A stretch of DNA of 63,656 nucleotides, the filler included, from Tortispora ganteri (Eukaryota), in NCBI GenBank assembly GCA_003707115.1. It is 14 parts of 14 records of this genome, joined end to end, with 100 filler letters (N's around TTAATTAATTAA, not from the genome) between each part and the next. Parts side by side here need not be neighbours in the genome. Positions count along the whole stretch, not along the records: positions 1 to 5,050 come from PPNB01000069.1; positions 5,151 to 10,186 come from PPNB01000070.1; 12 more parts are not named here. One strand, given 5' to 3'. Every line of letters starts with the position of its first letter. Position 1 is the stretch's first letter. A program made the translations under genes and the position numbers. The notes beneath the pieces were generated by a model. The model made no database searches and was not told the DNA's origin. It worked only from the letters and a program-made list of their open reading frames with translations. Of this stretch, positions 1 to 10,286 are shown piece after piece.

Positions 1-14
1 ATATATCGAATTAC

Positions 15-205
15 TATTTCGGGACGTCACGTGACTTGTGTCTATTTCCTATTCGGGATGTCCCGTGTCCGTTTCCATGGTGGCGGGGGTTTTATATATA
101 CTGTATTACCATTTCAGGACGTCACGTGACTAGTGCTTATTTCCCTTTCGGGATGTCACGTGCTTATGATTATTCCCAATTCGGACTGTCCCAATCGGGA
201 AATTA
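15..205. promoter_or_regulatory. Cluster of Mcm1/MADS-like sites (CC-N6-GG, e.g. TCCCAATCGGGAAA), several adjacent to GTCACGTG E-boxes; recurs downstream of several family genes
   Basis: Repeated ~33-nt unit TT(A/C)C..TTCGGGA.GTCACGTG; homologous blocks at ~5500-5625, ~9940-10000, ~13970-14065 and ~43240-43370. Confidence 0.5.
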
Positions 206-226
206 TCTACACTCTATCTTATTCAT

Positions 227-252
227 CTAATCTCCGCTATCGCCGAGATTAG
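227..252. promoter_or_regulatory. Conserved 26-nt element CTAATCTCCGCTATCGCCGAGATTAG (8-bp inverted repeat; minus strand contains CGGnnnTAnCGG)
   Basis: Also at 5648, 10034, 14087, 31777 and 43394, and inverted at 46919 and 51463. Confidence 0.55.
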
Positions 253-339
253 TCTCCATCCCCCTTCAATTTTTTTTCTCTCTCTCTACTCCCGTCCCCA
301 CACTCCTTGAAACGATCAATTTATAACTACAAATATAAA

Positions 340-3300
340 CTAGATATTAGAGTTGAAATAAATGTAAACCGTGGCCCTGCTTTCACCGTAGTACACAAAT
401 CGCAACGGCGTCCACCCCTCCGACAATGACTGATCAATAGACCAAACGGCCCTTGACCCCAATGCGTGCACGAGTTTCCATCCACCGCTTCCGATTGCCT
501 CTATGTCCCCGCACCTCATCCCGCTTTCCCCAACAAACATATACGCTAAGTAGTTAGAGAGCCCACCGACATCCATAATCACGTTCGGTCCCTGAACATA
601 TACCAGCACCTCTGTCACTTCATTCGAATTATAGTAGCGGATACGTAGATAATTCGAAACAATATTCACGACAACCTCGCTGGAGTTCCCTACCCGATAA
701 TCTCCATTGGCCACCTGCGTTTCAGTATACTCCGTAAGATTCACCGTCCACTCCCGCCCCAGCAGCGTCTGCGACGGTTCGCACTTGCAAGCGTTTGACA
801 CCACTCCACAGCTGCTGCTACTCGAGGCGCTAGAACTCCACTGAGCTGAGCTGGATACGCTCGAACTGACACTCGAACTGGGACTGGAACTCAAACTAGA
901 ACTCAGACTAGAAATAGAACTAGAAACAGAACTAGAAACAGAACTCAAACTAGAACTCAAACTAGAACTAGAACTGCTTAACACCAATGAAGATCCCACA
1001 ATTCCAGACGAAGAAACTGTCAATCTGCTAGAGTTGCCCGTCGATGTCGGCAAGACGCTTGAGTTGCTGTAGATCGATGTCGGCAAGACGCTCGAGTTCC
1101 TGAAAGTCGAAGTTGCCAAGGCGCTCGAATTGCCAGACGATGTTGGTAAGACACTCGAGTTGCTGTAGATCGATGATGGCAATACACTCGAGTTACTATA
1201 GATTGATGTTGATAACACACTCGAGTTGCTGTAGATCGAAGATGGTAAGACACTCGAGTTGCTGTATATCGATGTTGGCAAGGCACTCGAGTTGCTATAG
1301 ATCGATGATGGCAATACACTCGAGTTACTATAGATCGATGATGGCAATACACTCGAGTTACTATAGATCGATGATGGCAAAGCACTCGAGTTGCTAAGGA
1401 CCGAGGTTGGCAAGACGCTCGAGTTGCCTGACGAATTTGGTAAGACACTCGAGTTGCTGTAGATCGAAGTTGATAACACACTCGAGTTGCTATAGATCGA
1501 CGATGGCAAGGCACTCGAGTTGCTGAAAATCGATGATGGCAAGGCGCTCGAGTTGCTATAGATCGACGATGGCAAGGCGCTCGAGTTGCTATAAATCGAT
1601 GATGGTAAGGCACTCGAGTTACTATAGATCGACGATGGCAAGGCGCTCGAGTTGCTATAAATCGATGATGGTAAGGCACTCGAGTTGCTGTAGATCGACG
1701 ATGGCAAGGCGCTCGAGTTGCTATAGATCGAAGTTTTTAAGACACTCGAGTTGCTATAAATCGATGATGGTAAGGCGCTCGAGTTGCTATAGATCGAAGT
1801 TGTTAAGACACTCGAGTTGCTATAAATCGATGATGGTAAGGCACTCGAGTTGCTATAGATCGAAGATGGTAACGCACTCGAGTTGCTGTATGTCGATGAT
1901 GACAAGGCGCTCGAGTTACTATAGATCGACGTCGGTAAAGCACTCGAGTTGCTGTACATCGATGTTGGTAAGACGCTTGAGTTGCTGTAGATCGAAGTTG
2001 ATAACACGCTTGAGTTGCTATAGATCGATGTTGTTAAGACACTCGAGTTGCTATAGATCGATGTCGGCAAGAGACTCGAGTTGCTGTAGATCGATGTTGG
2101 CAAAGCACTCGAGTTGCTGTACATCGACGTCGGTAAGGCGCTCGAGTTGCTGTACATCGACGTAGGCAAGGCGCTCGAGTTGCTGTACATCGACGTAGGC
2201 AAGGCGCTCGAGTTGCTAAACACCGATGAAGAAAACAGAATACTTGAGACGTCAGACGAAGTAACCGGTATAGCACTTGAATTGCTGTAGACTGAAGTCG
2301 GTAAGATGCTCCAGTTGCTTAATACCGATGAAGCTGGCACAACACTTGAATTGCTGATGATCATCGAAGACGCAAGAACGCTCGAGCTAGCAACTGAACT
2401 ACTTGGCAACATGCTTGAATTACCAAATGCAGAAGTTGACACGACAGCACTCGAGAAGCTTATGAAAGAGGTCGACACCACACTTGAGTTGCTGGTTATT
2501 GCAGAAGATGCCAAACCACTCGAGGGACTAGGTGACAAACTTTGACCGGCACTCGAGTTAGGCAACATCGAAGACAGAGATCCGGCACTAGATATTCCAG
2601 CACTTGACAAAGGCGTCAAACCACTAGAACTGCCTATAGTTGATGAAGAAAATAAAACGCTTGACAAACCTATAATCGATGAAGAGGGAAAAACACTAGA
2701 ATCAGAAAAGGCGCTTGATCCATGAGCAAAACTCGATTCAGAAACAATATGACCAGTGCTGGAATTACCATATGAGCTCCAGCCAATACTAGAACTTAGT
2801 GCATCACTTGAAGCAGTAGAAATAACTGAGCTGGATGTAACACTAGAACTTGCAGTCAAACTCCAAGATCCGGGGCCTACTGATGAGCCTGATACAACAC
2901 TAGAGCCGGGTACAGCCGAAGATCCTGACGCAGCTGAAGATCCTGATACAACACTAGAGCTGGGTACAGCTGAAGATCCTGACGCAGCCGAAGATCCTGA
3001 TACAACACTGGAGCTGGGTGCAGCTGAAGATCCTGACGCAGCCGAAAATCCTGATACAACACTGGAGCGGGGTGCAGCTGAAGATCCTGACGCAGCCGAA
3101 GATCCTGATACAGTACTAGAGCTGGGTACAGCTGAGGATCCTGATACAACACTAGAGCTGGATGCAGCTGAGGATCCTGACGCAGCCGAAGATCCTGATA
3201 CAACACTAGAGCTGGGTACAGCTGATGATCCTGACGCGGCCGAAGATCCTGATAAAACACGAGAGCCGGGTGCAGCCGAAGATCCTGATACAGTCGAAGA

Positions 3301-5050
3301 TCCTGATAAAACACTAGAGCCGGGTGCAGCTGAGGATCCTGATGCAACTGAGGAGCTAGAGGCTGCTGAGGATCCGGCTGCTGCACTTGAGGCAAAAGAG
3401 AGTTGACTAGTGCTAGAATTTCCATATGAGCTCCGTCCAAAACTGGATTTCAGTGCAGTGCTAGAGGCAGATGGAATTGCTGGAGAAGATAATGTAGTTG
3501 AAACGGAAGTCACGCTAGAGCTTGAGGCGGGACTCGAGCCCGATTCGGTAGAAGAGCTGGGGGAAGCTGAAGATCCCGAGCCGATGCTAGAGTCGGAAGA
3601 TGCAGACGACCCGGAAGCGATAGAGGATCTAGATGCAATTGAGCTAGCAGCAACTAAAGAACTGGAAACAATAGCAGATCCTGAGGCAACTGATGAGCTA
3701 GCAGCAACTGATGAGCTAGCAGCAACTGAGCTAGCAGCAACTGAGCTAGCAGCAACTGAGCTAGCAGCAACTGAGCTAGGTGCAATTGAAGAGCTAAAAA
3801 CAACCGATGAGCTAGGTGCAATTGAAGAGCTAAAAACAACCGATGAGCTAGCAGCAGCTGAGCTAGGTGCAATTGGAGAGCTAAAAACAACTGATGAGCT
3901 AGGTGCAATTGAAGAGCTAAAAACAACTGATGAGCTAGCAGCAACTGATGAGCTAGAAACAACTGAGCTAGGTGCAATTGAAGAGCTAGAAACAACAGAA
4001 GACTCCGGAAAAACACTAGATTCCAATATAATCGATAAGGCTGAACTAACTGAAGAAATAGGATTAACCGGCTCAGGTGATCCACTTGTGGATGCAGACA
4101 CAGATATGGATATTGTCTCGCCACTAGTAGTAGTGAACACAATACTCACGATCACGGAAACCCCAGCTTGACGCTTAAATTGACCCGCCGATCCAAAGCC
4201 CGCAACTGGAATGACTATACGGATTGGGTACAAGAACCCACCGGCAAAGTCGACGGAAAAACTTGCTTTGAACCCATTCGAACTGTCCAGAGGGGCAGTG
4301 GCAGAAGAGCCAGAAGAACCAATAAGGTCCATGTTATCGCACCGCATAGCCAATTCGCCATCAAAGAGGTACGCGTAAGTATCTGCAAAGTTACTAGGAT
4401 CCTGTGCCTGTACATCTACAAACGCAACGTCGGCTGATGGTTCAAGGTAGAAAAGGTACTCGAAATAGCCCTGTTCGGATACCAATGCCGATATAGACTT
4501 TGACGAGACTGTAGCGCCCACATTGTCTCGCTGGTAGTTCCTGTACTCCCCGTTCTGGATATCGCTCGACGACAAGTCTACTGCGCCTTCATATATAGCG
4601 GCAAATACTTCGCCTGAGCTGTAAGCAGGTGTAGTTGAGCATGCGTCTGCAGGCACTGTCGTGTGGGCTGTCGTTGGAACAGTTACTGCAGCTGTAGTGG
4701 GTGGCGTAGCGGGGTGCGTAGGCGGAGGCGTAGGTGCTATAGTCTCCGTGATAATAGCTGGAATCTCAATAGAAACGTGCACGTCAACCAACACGGACAT
4801 AGACACGGACTCGTAGTATGACCAGACATAGGTGCAGTCGTCTTTGACGAGCGGCGGACTAGGTACATAGGTCACCGTAGCGGGTGTGCATTGGTTGCAG
4901 TACCAGCCTGAAACTGTAGACACATAAGGCGCGCATTGGTCGTCGTAGACAGTCGCACGTGTAGTACCAGACTCAGAAGTATACAAACGTCCGTAGACAG
5001 TAGAAGTTTCAACAGGTGGGCTGCAAATGAGCGTGTTCGTTTCCACGATA
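340..5050 (-). CDS. Adhesin/flocculin-like family member A1 (long stalk): Cys-rich N-domain, PA14/GLEYA-like domain, Ser-rich and NSS-repeat stalk, C-terminal PA14/GLEYA-like domain; 5' end cut by contig edge and continued in 29947..30176
   Basis: 1568-aa open frame. Motifs AYLFDGELAMRC...GGFLYPIRIV and AYMFVGESGMRC...GWTPLRFVYY resemble the PA14/GLEYA strands of Flo/Epa adhesins (LSVGG..AFECC; YYP(M/I)(K/R)IVY). Ends FNSNI* with no hydrophobic GPI tail. Confidence 0.8.
1030..2220 (-). repeat. 30-bp coding minisatellite, (S-I/M-Y-S-N-S-S-A/V-L-P-T/S)-type 10-aa unit, roughly 40 copies, each with an N-S-S sequon
   Basis: Recurring ctcgagttgctgtagatcga every 30 nt. Confidence 0.95.
2880..3400 (-). 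repeat. 18-bp-based coding minisatellite (SGSSAA / PSSSVV units)
   Basis: Recurring gaagatcctga; same repeat type at 10287-10800. Confidence 0.9.
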
Positions 5051-5150
5051 NNNNNNNNNNNNNNNNNNNNNNNNNNNNNNNNNNNNNNNNNNNNTTAATT
5101 AATTAANNNNNNNNNNNNNNNNNNNNNNNNNNNNNNNNNNNNNNNNNNNN
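5051..5150. other. Artificial contig linker (N44-TTAATTAATTAA-N44); also at 10187, 15197, 20159, 25036, 29847, 34619, 39366, 44067, 48664, 53207, 57734 and 62261
   Basis: Identical 100-nt spacer with stops in all six frames; intervening contigs decrease monotonically in length. Confidence 0.99.
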
Positions 5151-5766
5151 ACTGTGATCATATTCGGCATGTACCGCTCAATGACCATTTTATAATACAC
5201 CCTGCATTCCGTTCACTCGTTCAGCAACAAAGTATACAACCTTCTAGGCTCTGCTTCAATGATTTACTGGTCCGCGAGCAATGCTGCCATGCTGCAATTC
5301 GCAGTTTGCAGTTTGCAGTTTGCACTACAGCTGCGGTTATCGCACTAGTGTCCTCTGGCTCATTTAATTAAATTTTAAGTTCACCTAGCATTAGTTTAGT
5401 AGGCTTTCCAAATACCGCACTTTTAGTATCGATAGTTTTGGCAATTCACGTAGACAATGCCTGCTCATTTACATTCAGTCAAACATGCATCAATAGTAGG
5501 GGGTGGCGGGGGTTTTATATATATTTGAACCTTATCTCTGGGAATTGTCACGTGATTGGATTTAAAGAATTAGGGTTGTTACACCTTAATCTTAAGTTAC
5601 GTTTACTTTCCCAATCGGGAAATTTGCTAACCTATATCTTACCCCGTCTAATCTCCGTTATCGCCGAGACTATCCTCCATTCCCCTTCAGTTCACTATTT
5701 CTCTCTCTCTCTTCACTCCCGTCCCCACACTCATTGAAACAATCAATTTATGACTACAAATATAAA

Positions 5767-7794
5767 CTAGATGGGAGATTCGAACAAAATTCTAATCGTT
5801 CCAGTGCTGTGACTGTAGAACACAAATCGCAACGGCGTCCACCCCGTCGATAATGGCCCATTAATCTGCCAGTCGGTGAATGAAATGTGCTGCTGCATGG
5901 CTTTCCATCCACCGCTTCCGATTGCCTCTATGTCTCCGCACCTCATCCCGCTTTCCCCAACGAACAGATACCCCAAATCTAGGGCGGATAATGAGACCAT
6001 GTTTATCTGGCTCGGTCCGCGAAAATATATCAGCACCTCCAACACTGGATCGTTCTTACCTTCAAGTTCATACGTAATGAATGAAGGATTAAATTGAATT
6101 GACACATCAACCTTTCTGGAGTTCCCCACCCTGTACTTCCCTTCCGCTATATCCGTTTCATTGTACTGCCCAATATCCACCGCCCACTGTCGCGCCAGCA
6201 CCGTCTGCGACGGTTCGCACTGGCAAGCGTTTGACACCACTCCGTAGCTGCTGCTTGTCGAGTCGCAAGAAATCCATTGAGCTGAGCTGGATATTCTCCC
6301 ACCAACACTCGAACTGACACTCAAACTAGAACTAGAACTAGAACTAGAACTAGAACTAGAACTAGAACTAGAACTAGAACTAGAACTAGAACTAGAACTA
6401 GAACTAGAACTAGAACTAGAACTAGAACTAGAACTAGAACTAGATCTCAAACTAGAACTAGAACTAGACCTTGAACTAGAACTAGAACTAGAACTAGAAC
6501 TAGAACTAGATCTCAAACTAGAACTAGAACTAGACCTTGAACTGGTGCTGGCGCTGGCGCTGGCACTCGAACTGTCACTCAGATTCCTTAATACCGTTGA
6601 AGATTCGGATACAACGGACGATTCTGGCCCAACTGAGCTAGCCGCAACTGATGTCCTTGGACTAACTGACCTGGCCGCAACGGACGAACCTGATACAATC
6701 GATGACCCAGAGCCAGTTGACGATCCCGGAAAAATACTGGATTGAGATATAATCGATAAGGCTGAACTAACTGAAGGAATAGGATTAACCGGCTCAGGTG
6801 ATCCACTTGTAGAGCCATATACTGAAATAGCTATTGTCTCGCCGCTGATGGTAGTGAACATGACACTCACTGTCACAGAGACTCCGCCCTGCCGCTTGAC
6901 TCGACCAGCCGATCCAAAGCCCGCAACAGGAATGACTATACGGACTGGGTACAAATATCCACCAGCAAAGTCGACCGGAAAACTAGCTCTGAACCCATTC
7001 GAACTGTCCAGGTGAGCAGTTCCAGAAGTCCCAGAAGTACCAATAAGGTCCATGTTACCGCACTGCATTGCCAATTCACCGTCGTACAGGTACGCGTAAG
7101 TATCTGCAAAGTTACTAGGATCATGCGCCTGTACATCTACAAACGCAACGTCGGCTGATGGTTCAAGGTAAAACAGGTACTCGACATAGCCCTGTTCGGA
7201 TACCGATGCCGATATGGAGTTTGACGAGACTGTCGCGGCCACATTGTCTCGCTGGTAGTTCCTGTATTCACCGTTCTGGATATCGCTCGACGAGAAGTCT
7301 ACCGCGCCCTCGTATATAGCGGCAAATACTTTGCCTGAGCTGTAAGCAGGTGTAGTTGAGCATGCGTTTGCAGGCTCTGTCGTGCGGGCTGTCGTTGGAA
7401 CAGTTACTGTAGCTGTGGTGGGTGGCGTAGCGGGGTGCGTAGGCGGAGGCGTAGGTGCTATAGTCTCCGTGATAATGACTGGAATCTCAATGGAAACGTG
7501 CACGTCAACCGACACGGACATAGATACAGACTCGTAGTATGACCAGACGTAGGTGCAGTCGTCTTTGACGAGCGGCGGACTAGGTACATAGGTCACCGTA
7601 GCGGGTGTGCATTGGTTGCAGTACCAGCCTGAAATTGTAGACACATGAGGCGCGCATTGGTCATCGTAGACGGTCGCACGTGTAGCAGCAGACTCAGAAG
7701 TGTACAGGCGCCCGTAGACAGTAGAAGTCTCAACAGGTGGGCTGCAAACGAGCGTGTTCGTTTCTACAATAGTACTGTATACTGTATGCACCAT
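5767..7794 (-). CDS. Adhesin-like family member A2 (complete, short poly-Ser stalk)
   Basis: ATG at 7794 (gccATGG context, MVHTVYSTIV...); both PA14-like domains present; ends FESPI*. Confidence 0.8.
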   Translation of the reverse strand: MVHTVYSTIVETNTLVCSPPVETSTVYGRLYTSESAATRATVYDDQCAPHVSTISGWYCNQCTPATVTYVPSPPLVKDDCTYVWSYYESVSMSVSVDVHVSIEIPVIITETIAPTPPPTHPATPPTTATVTVPTTARTTEPANACSTTPAYSSGKVFAAIYEGAVDFSSSDIQNGEYRNYQRDNVAATVSSNSISASVSEQGYVEYLFYLEPSADVAFVDVQAHDPSNFADTYAYLYDGELAMQCGNMDLIGTSGTSGTAHLDSSNGFRASFPVDFAGGYLYPVRIVIPVAGFGSAGRVKRQGGVSVTVSVMFTTISGETIAISVYGSTSGSPEPVNPIPSVSSALSIISQSSIFPGSSTGSGSSIVSGSSVAARSVSPRTSVAASSVGPESSVVSESSTVLRNLSDSSSASASASTSSRSSSSSSLRSSSSSSSSSSSSSRSSSSSSLRSSSSSSSSSSSSSSSSSSSSSSSSSSSSSSSSSSSSSSSSLSVSSSVGGRISSSAQWISCDSTSSSYGVVSNACQCEPSQTVLARQWAVDIGQYNETDIAEGKYRVGNSRKVDVSIQFNPSFITYELEGKNDPVLEVLIYFRGPSQINMVSLSALDLGYLFVGESGMRCGDIEAIGSGGWKAMQQHISFTDWQINGPLSTGWTPLRFVFYSHSTGTIRILFESPI
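6320..6545 (-). repeat. (AGTTCT)n hexamer microsatellite encoding poly-Ser
   Basis: (gaacta)n on + strand; also at 14750-14995 and 40100-40620. Confidence 0.97.
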
Positions 7795-9044
7795 GGCGAG
7801 CAACTGGGGGCAAAACGCTGTGCCTCACCCTTATTATAACTGCTAGCAAAAACCATAATAAGCTTATTAGCTTATGTGTGAAAACTTATCATTGTCTTAT
7901 TCGGCTTTACATTTTTGACATTCTCATAGTCACCAGAGCTAGTCATAATGGTTAATTTGAGAGTTGACCTTGATTGGTGGCTCAATATTTAGAGTTATTA
8001 GCATTGAGCCTGAAAGACTTTAGCCTCAAACTCGTGCGCTCAATGTGCTGCAATGTAACTGGCAAGAACGAGTGCCGTGCATGTACCGTCTAATGTCTTG
8101 CAGCATTAACAATTTACTGGTAAAATTTTTAAAAAACTGGTTTTATTCTGAAAAAGCAAATCCATTGTAGATTGTTATGCCGTGGAAGGCATTGATCAGT
8201 CACTGATGTGCACCGGCCGTTGGCAAGTAAGGAGGAGTTTTTCCATAACTTAAGTAAATATCAAACTAAGCTCTGCTCAATAAGTATGTAGGTTTTATGC
8301 ACGTTCAAGGTTTAGATCATTCATTTAACCTAAACAATGACTTGCTTGAGGTTGCAGTAGTTTAGTAAGTTTACAAATACCGCGTTCTTCGCTCCTATCT
8401 GATCGCCTATTTCTATTGAAGTAAGTTGTTAATATTTCTATAAACCAGCCCTGACTTACCGTAATTTTTTAAGTAACTGCAAATCGCGCAATCACATAAT
8501 TACTCATCGGTTACACTAAGCGTTGAATGTGACTTTTTTCTGATTATACACAATCGCCCTTATTTTATAGATACTTTACATTGTTGATTTCTTCAGTCTC
8601 TTCAGTCTTGGAGACCAACTCTATATAGCTCGCATTCTAATCGCGGTAAACTAGCCTGACTGATACCCGGGTGTTCGGAGATTAAAGGAAATTACCACTG
8701 CATGCATTCATTGGCTAATTAGTAAACTTAGCTTATAATTTCATTAAGGGAAAATATTGTAAGAGAAAATCTGTTGCACTTGTTGTTCTTGCTTGTTCTT
8801 CATGTAACGCATTTGCACTGCTTGGCAATATTCTGCTTTCGATACGCAATTGTACCGCTCTTCGATCCTAAGCATACCATCCTGCATATTTCCGCGTCGC
8901 ATACCGTCTCCATACTGCGAGATTGTAAAGAGTTAATGAAATCCTCATATTTTTTTTATAGTGGGATACGCCAATTGCAAGGTTCACCGACTTAGTTGCG
9001 CGCTAGAATCTATCGAAAAAAAAACAAAATTTACAAAACCTTAC

Positions 9045-9420
9045 CTAACGCACCAATGCAGCCAGCAACCACATCTTGCAGGCGTCCAGCCATTAACTTC
9101 TCGACAATCTTCCATGTGCTATTAATGAGTTTGCTAAGCAATTCTCCGCCAGATACAATCACGTCTATGTCGTCATGTCACATAATCAATCATCGTTGGT
9201 ACGCATTGCTCACTATATCAGCCGTGGACTGTTGTTGCGACATTACCGCATGAGTCCGTTATACGCCCCTAACCTCCCAGAACTGCTATTAAAAACGCGC
9301 AAATAAACCGTGCTAAGGTTGACAGGCAAATCATAGAGAAACGTCCTAGCTTCAGCCACGGCCTTCATCTTGCCCTCAAAGTAAAGTCATACCTTCAAAC
9401 TGGTGCTTAACAGACTGCTG
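9045..9420 (-). pseudogene. Highly decayed relic of a family PA14-like domain within a spacer
   Basis: Minus-strand fragments FEGKMKAVA, M*HDDIDVIVSGG (cf. MRCGDIEAIGSGG) and VNGWTPAR (cf. SGWTPVR), with stops and frameshifts. Confidence 0.45.
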
Positions 9421-10083
9421 CTCGTAGAGTCACACAGTGAACGCAGCACAACCTTTCGGAGCAATTTAGATAACTGCAGTTAACCAGCAGCAGGAATACT
9501 TAGCAGATAAGCTAGATTGCATTTCTAATAGTGCAAGAGAATCTCATCCTCAATTTTCGAGGCAGTCCACTTTGAAAAAAATTGTACATGGTTACTATGC
9601 CTATTCCGTTAATCAGTGACCTTTAAGGCCATTAAACGGCGTTAATTCAATATAAAGCTGTACATGACAATAAATGTCGATATTTCATAGAAATTTGGTA
9701 ACAGGCGGAGCAAGTTGGTTTAAGTTAACTATAGGATGTAAGTTGACACGATGTTGTTGTCATTCTTGTACTTTTATAGCCCCAGCCCTGCGCCTTGTTT
9801 TTCATATAGCGACACCAAAAGATTTCTATGTCTAATGGGGCAAGGTAGCTATATTTGTCACTTAAAAGTTAAGAGACACAGATGAGATAAATACATGCAT
9901 GTTTTTTTTACACGCATTATGGACTAGATAGCTAAGAATGGCTGGCGGGGGATTTTATATATTCTGTATTTCCATTTTGGGACGTCCCAAACGGGAAGTT
10001 TTTTTAACTCTATATTATCTACTCTGTTCAAATCTAATCTCCGCTATCGCCGAGATTATCCTCCCTTTAGTTCGCTATCGCTA

Positions 10084-10186
<103 letters not shown>

Positions 10187-10286
10187 NNNNNNNNNNNNNN
10201 NNNNNNNNNNNNNNNNNNNNNNNNNNNNNNTTAATTAATTAANNNNNNNNNNNNNNNNNNNNNNNNNNNNNNNNNNNNNNNNNNNN

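Noticed and set aside
26..35. GTCACGTGAC as CDEI of a point centromere
   Set aside because: No long >85% AT CDEII or CDEIII, and the motif is repeated at multiple array units
2306..4171. Long antisense and alternate-frame ORFs (ELELE/AEDPD-rich; RSTATR-rich, e.g. 48783..50576)
   Set aside because: Shadow frames of low-complexity Ser repeats, with no independent domain content
5095..5106. Regularly spaced TTAATTAATTAA palindromes
   Set aside because: Artificial six-frame-stop linkers inside N runs; adjacency across them has no biological meaning
7804..7828. 25-nt GT..AG micro-intron whose removal would re-frame the relic signal peptide
   Set aside because: No branch point, far shorter than typical yeast introns, GT/AG not kept in the 30092 and 41635 copies, and still no upstream in-frame ATG; worth a glance in RNA-seq only
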